Source: a virus
Taxonomy: Duplodnaviria; Caudoviricetes
Virus record (IMG/VR): IMGVR_UViG_3300042013_000103
Strand: one strand, 5' to 3'
DNA length: 64,000 bases
A program made the position numbers and the translations under genes. This document shows positions 16,474 through 25,087 of this stretch, in pieces (position 1 is the stretch's first letter; every line of letters begins with the position of its first letter). The notes beneath the pieces were generated by a model. It was given only the letters and a program-made list of their open reading frames with translations, was not told the DNA's origin and ran no database searches.

Positions 16474-19428
16474 TTACTCGGATTTCAGCCGTTTGGCTTC
16501 GGCTTCTTCCTTCTCACGCTGGGCTTGCTCTTCCGGGGTTTCTTCGACTTCGGCTTCCGTGTCGTCGAGTTCTTCCTCTTCAGGTTCCGCCGTGGCGCTG
16601 CGAGCATTGGGTTGCTCGTCTTGGTTCAGCAGGTCTTCGTCCGCAGGGTTTGGCACTTCACTGCCTTGTTCCGCGTCCGTGGCCGCTGCGGCTACCGGAT
16701 TGTCCAACCCGTCGGCCGTGCTGCTGGGGGTATCCGCGGTGGCGTCTGCCGAGCTGTCAGTGGAGAACGAATCGTCCCCGCCTAAACTGGCGTCTGCATC
16801 ACTGCCTCCCATGGTGCCTGCGGTTGGGTCGAACCCATCGTCACCACCCAGGGCGTCGGTCTCCCCGCCCCCGCCTGCATCAAAGCCACCGTCACCACCA
16901 CTGTCGAAGGTGTCACCACCGCCTCCAGCGCTGCCACCGGATGCATCGACGTCGGTCCCACCCGCTGTGTCATCGAAACCACCGCCACCGCCATTGGCTT
17001 CTTCAATCACCTTGCTATACTTCTTGGCAAACTCGGCTTTGGTGGCCTGGGTTTGACGCACGAAGTCCAACAACGCGGCGCCGAGGGTTTCCTGACGCAA
17101 CGCCTGGAAGTCCAACAGACTGAACGCCGGTTTATCACCGTCCATTTCCGTCAGCACGTTGAGTTCCGGCATGATGTTGTTGGTCGCCAAGAACTGACGT
17201 TTGAAGTGGGCACGGATCTGGTTGATGCCCATGTCCGCCAACCCACTAACGCCCATGACCTCATCCGGGAACAGGTCCGGAGTGATGTACGCTTCCAAGC
17301 ACATGTCCAGCAATCGGTTAAAGCCTTCAAACGCTTCGGCTTGTTTCTCGTGTTGGGTGGTGTCTGGCGACGGCAGGCTCACTTCAATCGCTTGAATGAA
17401 CTCGTCGATCACCTCGTTGACCGTCATGGTCTTGTACGCCCCGGCCAGCATGTTAGCGTTGGCCGCGATGATGGCGTTCATCTGATCCCGAATGATCGAA
17501 CTGTACTTCGAGAAGGTTTGGATGTACTTGGACAAGTGCCCACAGAACACCTTTTGCTTCTCTTTCACCCGACGGGCCATGACCAAGTCATTCTGCACCG
17601 CTGAGGTGGCGAAGTCCGGAGACGACATCGGGTCAACTTTCTCCGGTGGAACGCCCATGGCGGAGATGTGCATCCGGCGCAGGCGATCCTGCAGGTCCGG
17701 ATTGCCCGCTTGTTGGTTGGTGTTGTAGTCGTCGAACTCGACCTTCGTTTCCGCGTAGTCCGCCCCGTTGACGTTAATTGCAAAGTCAAAGCCCGAACGG
17801 ATCAGGTGATCCATGGCCTGGGTCGGGTCGGGTGCTGCCAACGGGAACGCCCGGTGGGCGGATTCCATGATGTTGGATTGAATGTTCGAGATCGTTTGTT
17901 CCGGGTCGATGTCTTCCGGGTCCAAGGTGATGTTGACCTTCTTACGGCCTACCGCGTTGCGCATGCCCCCGACGGTGTCAGCCATGAGCAAAGTACTGCG
18001 CATGGTGGCGATCAGCTTGGAGCGGGCCAACAGGGTCTCACCGATGCCGCGGTCGTTGTAGTCGAACGCGATGTAGGTCACCAGTTCCGCCGGGATGAAC
18101 ACCAGTTGCGTGTTCTTGGCTTTCCAGGTGCGGTAGAGCATGATGCGTTGGATTTCTTCCGTCATCCCCACTTCGAGCTCTTGATCGTACATGCCGTTGC
18201 GCATGCGGTTGTTCAGGTCGTTCACCAGGATCGCGTTGTAGGTCGACTGGATCTCGTTGAACTCGAACTCCGACGTGGTGCCCGTGCCGCCATGGCCCAT
18301 CGCCTCCCGCGTCATTCGCAACAGTTCGGAGTTGGAATCACCGCCTTTCGACCCTTTCCAACCCGCCTGCATTTCCCCGAAGAAGTCCCGGGACGTGTCC
18401 TTCGACACTGGGTAACCATTCTGGTCGGTCAGCAGCAAGTACGCAATGTGCACGTGCGGTTGACCCACGGGGAAGATCGGCACCAACGATTCGACTGGCA
18501 GCTCCAACCCGAGGGGGTGACCCACGGAACGCCGGGACATAAACTCGGGGGCCGTGATGATCTGAGTTTGCTGCGACCCTGCACCCCGCCGTTGGAACAG
18601 CGCTTCGATTTCGTCGTTGGTGAACTTGTGGACTTCCTTGGCCTGGGACTCCATGGACGCCGACGCCCCTTTCAACTTGTCGGCAATGCGCAACTTGCGC
18701 ACGTGACTGGACAGGTTCGGGCCTTTCAGCACGTTGAAGTTGTCGGTGATGGTCACGAAGTTGGACTTGAAGCCATCGGCCTGCAGGTAGTTCGAGTTGT
18801 CCTGGGCCGTGTTGTACGACTCCATCGACACGTGGGCCTTGGCCGGGTCTGGGTGACCCAGGAACCCGAGGGGTGTGCCGTTGACCAGGTTCTTGTGAAT
18901 CGCTTCGTAGCGCTCCATGGAGACCTGACGACCGCCGTTGACCAAGCTGTCCAAGACGTTCTCGGGCAAGACGGCCAGGATGTGCGCGCCTTTGCGGAAC
19001 AAAATCCGGCGCAGCCACAGGTCCAAGTGGTCGTTAATCTTATAGTCTCGTTTGAAGTAGCTCTCCACCGGCTCCATGAGCAGTCGCGATATTTCGCTGT
19101 CAAAGACGGCCGGGTCCACTGCAAAGGTCAGGTCTGTGTCGGACAGGTCCTTCGGTGACAGGATGCTCCCCACCAGTACGGTTTCAACCAGTTCCAGATC
19201 AGGCAACAACTGCATGATCGCATCGGCGTCAATCCCGTCTTGGGAAGTTTGACGGGAGATCTTATCTAATGAGTGACGGGCGATGTTGATGCGAGGTTTG
19301 TTGACGCTGCGACTGGAGTCCATCGGATCTTTTTGGAGCAAGTTCGTCAGTGCCGCAAAAGGGGTCGCGGGACCTCCTCGCTCCAATGGAGGCAGAGCGG
19401 TCTGTTGTTTGTTACCTGACCAGGCCAT
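16474..19428 (-). CDS. Portal protein (phiKZ gp129-like)
   Basis: 984 aa; motifs ILVGSILSPKDL, LPVESLVPIF, GMRNAVGRKKV, SPDFATS recalled from the phiKZ-like portal family; synteny; long Gly/acidic C-terminal tail. Confidence 0.7.
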   Translation of the reverse strand: MAWSGNKQQTALPPLERGGPATPFAALTNLLQKDPMDSSRSVNKPRINIARHSLDKISRQTSQDGIDADAIMQLLPDLELVETVLVGSILSPKDLSDTDLTFAVDPAVFDSEISRLLMEPVESYFKRDYKINDHLDLWLRRILFRKGAHILAVLPENVLDSLVNGGRQVSMERYEAIHKNLVNGTPLGFLGHPDPAKAHVSMESYNTAQDNSNYLQADGFKSNFVTITDNFNVLKGPNLSSHVRKLRIADKLKGASASMESQAKEVHKFTNDEIEALFQRRGAGSQQTQIITAPEFMSRRSVGHPLGLELPVESLVPIFPVGQPHVHIAYLLLTDQNGYPVSKDTSRDFFGEMQAGWKGSKGGDSNSELLRMTREAMGHGGTGTTSEFEFNEIQSTYNAILVNDLNNRMRNGMYDQELEVGMTEEIQRIMLYRTWKAKNTQLVFIPAELVTYIAFDYNDRGIGETLLARSKLIATMRSTLLMADTVGGMRNAVGRKKVNITLDPEDIDPEQTISNIQSNIMESAHRAFPLAAPDPTQAMDHLIRSGFDFAINVNGADYAETKVEFDDYNTNQQAGNPDLQDRLRRMHISAMGVPPEKVDPMSSPDFATSAVQNDLVMARRVKEKQKVFCGHLSKYIQTFSKYSSIIRDQMNAIIAANANMLAGAYKTMTVNEVIDEFIQAIEVSLPSPDTTQHEKQAEAFEGFNRLLDMCLEAYITPDLFPDEVMGVSGLADMGINQIRAHFKRQFLATNNIMPELNVLTEMDGDKPAFSLLDFQALRQETLGAALLDFVRQTQATKAEFAKKYSKVIEEANGGGGGFDDTAGGTDVDASGGSAGGGGDTFDSGGDGGFDAGGGGETDALGGDDGFDPTAGTMGGSDADASLGGDDSFSTDSSADATADTPSSTADGLDNPVAAAATDAEQGSEVPNPADEDLLNQDEQPNARSATAEPEEEELDDTEAEVEETPEEQAQREKEEAEAKRLKSE

Positions 19429-19451
19429 TTGAAACTCCTATCTTTCAATAA

Positions 19452-21626
19452 GTGAGTGTAATCATGAGCAATATGTTTTTTGAGGTGTATCGCGATGACG
19501 TGATGCGCTTGGCGCGCTCCATCGTTATCAAGTTCGATCATGTTGCCGAACAGATTAACACCCGGTTAAAAGAAGTGGGGCTGGAGGTGGATCCGGACCA
19601 CCCTGAAACGTGGAAGTACTACCTGCACCTGGCGGGGGAATACCACCCAACGGACGTGACGATGTCCGTGCGCTCGATGGACACGCTGGAGATGATTGAC
19701 TTCACAAAAGCCAACCTCGCGATCCACCGTGCCACTGCCCGGGAATACAAACCCGGCAGCATCTACTACAACAACCTGGTGCGCAGTTACCCGGATCAAG
19801 CCACCTTGATTAATGGGATTCTATATCCCATTGAACTCCAAACAGCCATTGATTCAAACAATGGTGATATTTTGTACTATGATCCTAAGTACGTGGAGGA
19901 TAACGAATACACCTTTGCTCACGATCTGCAGTCGTGGGTCACCACCTTTTATACCCGCTGGTACAACGACCAGTTCAACTTCATCGACGACCTGTACCTG
20001 GCCGCGTTCTTGGGTCACCTGTACATGCGCCTGCCGATGGGGATCCTGTTGATCCGTTTGAAGAACGCCAAGACCCCCAAGGCCCACAGCTTTCACATCC
20101 GGGAATACCTGGCGTCGCACGGCAAGCTGGACGAGTTCATCCCGTACCTGACCAAGGCCCAGCAACTGTACCTGTACCGCAACATTGCTTACCTGTTGCG
20201 CAACGCCGGCAAACAGCACATCTGGGACGAACTGGTGGACAAGATCCTCACGCCCCGGGGCATTCCGCTGGTCAAGTACGAACTGAAGCAAAACACCGAG
20301 TTCATGCCCGACTCGATCTATTCCCAGGTGGACATGGTCAAGAGCGACATCAACTTCAAAACCGTGACCGAGGACCAGAACAAATCCACGGTGGGGTACA
20401 TCCTGGAGCGGGAAGACGAATTGGCCCGGGACAACCCGTTGGTGCGTTTCGATGCCGAAAAGGAAATCATCGACAAAGTCCGTTCGGACAAGTACTCCAC
20501 GCTGCCGACCAAGGTCTTCGACTCGGCGGTGATCGACCGCTCCGCGTCATCGGTGCGCACCCGCACCAACGTGCTGTTGAACGAATGGTTGCACTTGGCG
20601 GCCAGCAACCGCTACCGGGCGTACATTCAACTGCCCAACCCACGGACCGGGGACTTGATGTCGGTGTCGGTGCGGGACGCGTACATCATCATGCTTTACG
20701 CGCACCAACGGGCCCACGAGATCGACCAACCGAACATCCCGAGTGTGGTGGCCTACGAGGTGCTGCGCGACCCGTTGCCGAACAAGCTCGAACTGAAAAC
20801 ACTGGTGGATCCGCGCTTGGTGCCGGACAAAGTGATCGACGCGATCATGGACCGCACCACGCCGATGCGCAACTACATTTCCACCGAGCAGTTTTATTTG
20901 GACTGCGTGCAGTTCCACTCGGAGTACGTGCGCAACTGGGAACTGTATTCGTTCCAGGAACACATGCTGGCCCGGGCGCTGTGCGAGAACGTGGTGAAAG
21001 CCAACTACATCGATCGGATGTGCAAGCTGGCGGAACCCAACACCAAGTTCGTCGACTACTTCAAGGAACAAGGCCTGGAGATCACGGACTTCACCCAGAC
21101 CGAATACGAAGAATTGACGGTCAATTGCATCAACATCGCCACCGGGGCCAACCTGTACCGGGTAATTACCCTCGGAGAGATCCAGAGAGAGCTCCTGCGC
21201 TTGATGGCACGCCTTTCCTCATACCCGTTGCAGTACTTGCGCAACGTGGCGTACACGGACTTCCACGTCCTTGGGATTGTGTGCACCCGCCTCGGGGACA
21301 TTGAAGCCGAAGCGGGGGATGACATGAAACTCACCCTCAACTACACCACCGTGCAGAACGTGTGGTCGGAAGGCTTCACCGGGGTCAACATTCCGGACTT
21401 GGGGGTGATGCCCAACATCACGTTGGAAACGGAAGACACGGGGGATTGGGTGATTCCCGTGTGGCCGTGCATCTCGGACCTGTCCCTGTCAGAAGGGCAT
21501 TACTGTTTGAACATCAGCCAGATCAACGTGCAGAACGTTTCCATCGTGGCCGACAACGAACCGAGCACCACGGGCGAGTTGCCTGAGTACGACAATTCCA
21601 CGGACCCTACGTGGCCGAAACCTTAA
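19452..21626 (+). CDS. Conserved virion structural protein (phiKZ gp128 position, baseplate-like)
   Basis: WKYYLHLAGEYHPTD, HSFHIREYLASHG, QQLYLYRNI motifs; divergent from the portal gene. Confidence 0.7.
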   Translation: MSVIMSNMFFEVYRDDVMRLARSIVIKFDHVAEQINTRLKEVGLEVDPDHPETWKYYLHLAGEYHPTDVTMSVRSMDTLEMIDFTKANLAIHRATAREYKPGSIYYNNLVRSYPDQATLINGILYPIELQTAIDSNNGDILYYDPKYVEDNEYTFAHDLQSWVTTFYTRWYNDQFNFIDDLYLAAFLGHLYMRLPMGILLIRLKNAKTPKAHSFHIREYLASHGKLDEFIPYLTKAQQLYLYRNIAYLLRNAGKQHIWDELVDKILTPRGIPLVKYELKQNTEFMPDSIYSQVDMVKSDINFKTVTEDQNKSTVGYILEREDELARDNPLVRFDAEKEIIDKVRSDKYSTLPTKVFDSAVIDRSASSVRTRTNVLLNEWLHLAASNRYRAYIQLPNPRTGDLMSVSVRDAYIIMLYAHQRAHEIDQPNIPSVVAYEVLRDPLPNKLELKTLVDPRLVPDKVIDAIMDRTTPMRNYISTEQFYLDCVQFHSEYVRNWELYSFQEHMLARALCENVVKANYIDRMCKLAEPNTKFVDYFKEQGLEITDFTQTEYEELTVNCINIATGANLYRVITLGEIQRELLRLMARLSSYPLQYLRNVAYTDFHVLGIVCTRLGDIEAEAGDDMKLTLNYTTVQNVWSEGFTGVNIPDLGVMPNITLETEDTGDWVIPVWPCISDLSLSEGHYCLNISQINVQNVSIVADNEPSTTGELPEYDNSTDPTWPKP

Positions 21627-21637
21627 GGAGCTAACCC

Positions 21638-22516
21638 ATGGCTGACACCAGGGACTATTTAAAGCAACATCCTTGGGCAGCGTTGTGTGACATGATCAAT
21701 GCCGAGTGCTTCCTCCAGCTGTATCCGGGAAGCACACGGTTGGTCGAGTTCGCGGCGATCGGTCCTAAACGCACCCGCATCAAAATTGAAGCGGACCGTT
21801 CCACCGACGCGACTAACTCCATGCCCGAGGTGACGCTCACCGAGTTCACTTACGACCGGCTTCGGCTCCAAGAGTTCTTTGCGTTGTCCCCCGTGATCAA
21901 CATCGAGGGGTTGTACCTGCCGATCACCACGCAAACCATCGTGGAGATTCTGGCAGAGCGCACGGGGATCTTCTTCACCTTGGACGATTTCATTCACGAG
22001 GAGTTGAAGGCTTACACCGGGAACAACAACTACACGTTGGTGGCCAACCCCAAATCGTTGCGCTGGACAGGGTTCTTGCAGATCAAGTTGACCAACACCG
22101 TCAAGGAAGACTTGGCCTCGCTCACCACGGGGTTGTCGTTTCCTTCCTTGTTGTCGTTGCCGAGCAACAACAAGTGGATCACCCGGTTCCAAACCGCAGG
22201 GTACGATTTCACGGAATACCGGGCGTATTTGGAATCCATCGGGAACGGTGTGTTCCACCCGTCAGCCAAGAAGCTTGCGGCCATCATGGCCAAGGTAACC
22301 AAACAAACTTGGGTGGCCATGCCCGTCACGGTCAGTCGGAACATCGTGCACTCGGTGATTGACGGCGAGTTGCATTACAAGGTGATCTACAACGGCCCGG
22401 CCTGGGATCGGTTCACCGTTCGCACAGACATGCGCAAAGTGATGGTGATCGAACTCTCGGGCGAGTACTGCGTGGAACAAGATCAGACCGGTTGGTTACT
22501 GTTGCATTACAACTAA
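21638..22516 (+). CDS. Virion structural protein, paralog of 3432-3968
   Basis: LCDMIN, YDRLRL, TGIFFTLDDF, SLRWTG pattern. Confidence 0.65.
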   Translation: MADTRDYLKQHPWAALCDMINAECFLQLYPGSTRLVEFAAIGPKRTRIKIEADRSTDATNSMPEVTLTEFTYDRLRLQEFFALSPVINIEGLYLPITTQTIVEILAERTGIFFTLDDFIHEELKAYTGNNNYTLVANPKSLRWTGFLQIKLTNTVKEDLASLTTGLSFPSLLSLPSNNKWITRFQTAGYDFTEYRAYLESIGNGVFHPSAKKLAAIMAKVTKQTWVAMPVTVSRNIVHSVIDGELHYKVIYNGPAWDRFTVRTDMRKVMVIELSGEYCVEQDQTGWLLLHYN

Positions 22517-22525
22517 GGGGGCGGT

Positions 22526-22957
22526 ATGTACATCACGGATTTAAAAGTGGCCTTGATTGCCGCGTTCAACACCGCCAACAAACCCAAGGTGCCGTTGCAA
22601 GTGGCGGACGTGGACTTTGTGAACCCACGGTTGCAGTTGCTGGGCAGTTGCAACGCGGCGGTGACGTTACGGGCCAAGCTGGGGTCCATGACCTTTAAAG
22701 GCACCCAAGACATTCACTACAACCGCGTGCGCATCGACACCGTGTGCCGGAACGTGGTGATCCCTGGGCGGTCCACGGATTACGCGTCCACCCACGCCGT
22801 GATCGCCGTCTTGCGGAAAAACTACGGGTTGCCCATCGACCTTGACGACATTGACTACGCGGTCGTGCCACAGGCGGCAACCTTGACCCTGCGCCCTAAG
22901 GTGGCCAGCTTGGGATACCTGTTCACTTCTTCAGCTATTATCCCGTTCGAATACTAA
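22526..22957 (+). CDS. Virion structural protein, same paralog family
   Basis: LIAAFN, YNRVRI, YGLPIDLDDI, SLGY pattern. Confidence 0.65.
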   Translation: MYITDLKVALIAAFNTANKPKVPLQVADVDFVNPRLQLLGSCNAAVTLRAKLGSMTFKGTQDIHYNRVRIDTVCRNVVIPGRSTDYASTHAVIAVLRKNYGLPIDLDDIDYAVVPQAATLTLRPKVASLGYLFTSSAIIPFEY

Positions 22958-22966
22958 AAAAAATAC

Positions 22967-23006
22967 GGCATAAGCCCCCTCCGCGATGGAGGGGGCAATA
23001 TGTCGT
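22967..23006. terminator. Bidirectional hairpin, identical to 35306-35345
   Basis: GGCATAAGCCCCCTCCGCGATGGAGGGGGCAATATGTCGT between convergent genes. Confidence 0.8.
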
Positions 23007-23312
23007 TTAACGCAAAGAACTCAACACCGGCAGTGCTACGCTGATCACCATGTAAACCACCATGGTGAAGACCCCGTATTTCACCATCCGAATGTATTCC
23101 GCCAACACGTGGTCCCAGTGTTCGAACCGCGCCTTTAACTGGGCTTCGGCGATCTGGTACCCCGACGGTAGCTGGGACAACAGCTCGTCTAACTTTTTGG
23201 CGTGGCGTTCTTGGAGGAAGTGGCGGATAAACATGACCACCAGCATGACCGAGAACAACCCCACGGTAAAGGGCAGTGCACCCACGGGGATCAATGAAAG
23301 AATAGCCATCAT
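23007..23312 (-). CDS. Hypothetical membrane protein (2 TM)
   Basis: Two hydrophobic segments in 101 aa. Confidence 0.6.
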   Translation of the reverse strand: MMAILSLIPVGALPFTVGLFSVMLVVMFIRHFLQERHAKKLDELLSQLPSGYQIAEAQLKARFEHWDHVLAEYIRMVKYGVFTMVVYMVISVALPVLSSLR

Positions 23313-23323
23313 GGGCGGTCCCC

Positions 23324-23686
23324 TTAAGCGAAGCGGATGTATGAGAGGTACAGGTGGCGGTACTTGTTGCGGATGCGTTTGCCTTTCACTGCCATTTCGG
23401 CGAACAGTGCACGGTAGTCATCGAAGTACATCATGCGCAGGGCCATCGATTGGGTGAACTCTCGCTGTACTTGTTGCACCGCTTGGAACTCGTTCAGGCG
23501 ATCCTGCAGTTTCTTTTGCACCCGGGCTTTCCGAGGGCGACGACGAGGGTGGTGGAACGTATTGGTGCGCGTGACCACGAAGTGATACCGTCCGGCATTG
23601 TTACCGGCTTCGTGGGCCACCTTTTCCATTAGAGCCACCACACGGGGAATTACCCGTTCGCTGCCGTATGTTTCTTGTTCAGTCAT
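23324..23686 (-). CDS. Hypothetical basic protein
   Basis: AAGGA SD; Arg/Lys-rich HHPRRRPRKAR. Confidence 0.6.
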   Translation of the reverse strand: MTEQETYGSERVIPRVVALMEKVAHEAGNNAGRYHFVVTRTNTFHHPRRRPRKARVQKKLQDRLNEFQAVQQVQREFTQSMALRMMYFDDYRALFAEMAVKGKRIRNKYRHLYLSYIRFA

Positions 23687-23695
23687 GCGGGTTCC

Positions 23696-24307
23696 TTAAA
23701 AGGTGGCGACGAAGTCCCCGTCACGGAAAGTGAGGGAACGGGACTTCGGGTTGTAGACGATGCTGATGCCCAGTTTGGCAATGGCGGATTCGATTTCTCG
23801 CTGCACCAAACCGTCTGGACCCACGGTTTCACGGATCTGTTTGACCAAAGCGCTGTGGTTCACGCACAACCATGCCGTAGAAAGGTCGTAGGCGTTGGTT
23901 ATAGGCGATTTACCGAGCAGGGAACGCAGGTCTAGCTGTAGACGCTTGATCAAGCTCAGATCGCTTCTCAGGGACCACAGGTTGTACAGCAGCCCCACGC
24001 GCAGGTCCCCACCATGGGGCATGAACACGGAGTCGTCTTCAATCAAAGGCCGCAGTTTCTGAGAAGCATACGGTTGGTACGCGATGAACAGGCCGTTCTC
24101 CGCGATGTAGAGTTCTTGGGTGTCCAGGGTTTTGTACACGCATTCGCTGGATACCACGGACAACGCGTACAGTTCGGCGATGTTAGGGACTTCCACCACC
24201 GGCAGGGCTTCCAACCGAAGAAACAACCCAGAGTTGTCCACTGTGGGTTCGGTCCGCAGTGCAGGGCCGACATAGAACAGCTTATCAGTAATGAATTGCT
24301 TAAACAT
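23696..24307 (-). CDS. Hypothetical protein
   Basis: Start refined to MFKQF with AAGGA SD. Confidence 0.6.
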   Translation of the reverse strand: MFKQFITDKLFYVGPALRTEPTVDNSGLFLRLEALPVVEVPNIAELYALSVVSSECVYKTLDTQELYIAENGLFIAYQPYASQKLRPLIEDDSVFMPHGGDLRVGLLYNLWSLRSDLSLIKRLQLDLRSLLGKSPITNAYDLSTAWLCVNHSALVKQIRETVGPDGLVQREIESAIAKLGISIVYNPKSRSLTFRDGDFVATF

Positions 24308-24338
24308 TAGAAAGTTCCTTTTAGATTGGGAGTGGGAC

Positions 24339-24596
24339 TTAGACAGTCCCGAGTGATCGTTTACGGGTGTATGGCTGTTGTTGTAACTCGCCGAAGATTT
24401 GGGCATAAAGAATATCGTACGTGCGTTGGTAAATCTCTACGTGCGAAAGTGGGTAATGCACTGCGTCCAAGACATGAGGTAACGCATCGTTACCCTGCGC
24501 CATGGAGCGGATGGAGTAGGTCGGTTCTTTGAGTGTACCGAAAAACCACTCGGGATCCACCAGCGGAACGTTGCAAATGGTGAAGTGTTCCATCAC
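24339..24596 (-). CDS. Hypothetical protein
   Basis: 85 aa; GGAGG SD; coupled to the upstream stop. Confidence 0.55.
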   Translation of the reverse strand: MMEHFTICNVPLVDPEWFFGTLKEPTYSIRSMAQGNDALPHVLDAVHYPLSHVEIYQRTYDILYAQIFGELQQQPYTRKRSLGTV

Positions 24597-25006
24597 GTGC
24601 GTTTCCTCCAGCCTTTGGGTGGATGGTAGTTGGTTTTGTATACCAGCCGAGATCGTCGACCCCTGGGGTCATGGACTTGGAAATGGTTGATTTCACCCAA
24701 GCCCAGTTCAATGAAGATCACATCGACTCGAGTAGTGCCGGTCCCAGTATCGATAGTGAGGTGCAGCACTGCCTTACGCCATACTGGGTTCTCGAAATCG
24801 AAATTCTCGTACTGACCGATTTCCACTAGGTGGTAATTGTCGACCTTGGTACGACCAACAATGACAAAACCTGGGTCGCGCACCATTTGGTAGTGGGCCT
24901 CCAGCTCACCGTCATCGCGGATGAAACCAAACCCCCGAAAGTTTATCAGGGTTGTGCCTGGAAGAATCAAGTGACGCTGTTTCTGTTTGCGTTTGGAGAC
25001 AGCCAT
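24593..25006 (-). CDS. Hypothetical protein
   Basis: 137 aa; GAGG SD. Confidence 0.6.
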   Translation of the reverse strand: MAVSKRKQKQRHLILPGTTLINFRGFGFIRDDGELEAHYQMVRDPGFVIVGRTKVDNYHLVEIGQYENFDFENPVWRKAVLHLTIDTGTGTTRVDVIFIELGLGEINHFQVHDPRGRRSRLVYKTNYHPPKGWRKRT

Positions 25007-25087
25007 TGCTCAACCTCGGTGGTTGGATCGAATTACATTGCCACGCCTCATAAAAGCCCTCCCGGTGAGGAGAGGGCTTTTGGCGAG

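Noticed and set aside
17053-21304. Opposite- or alternate-frame ORFs over the portal and gp128-like genes
   Set aside because: Fully nested in well-supported genes and lack protein-like composition.
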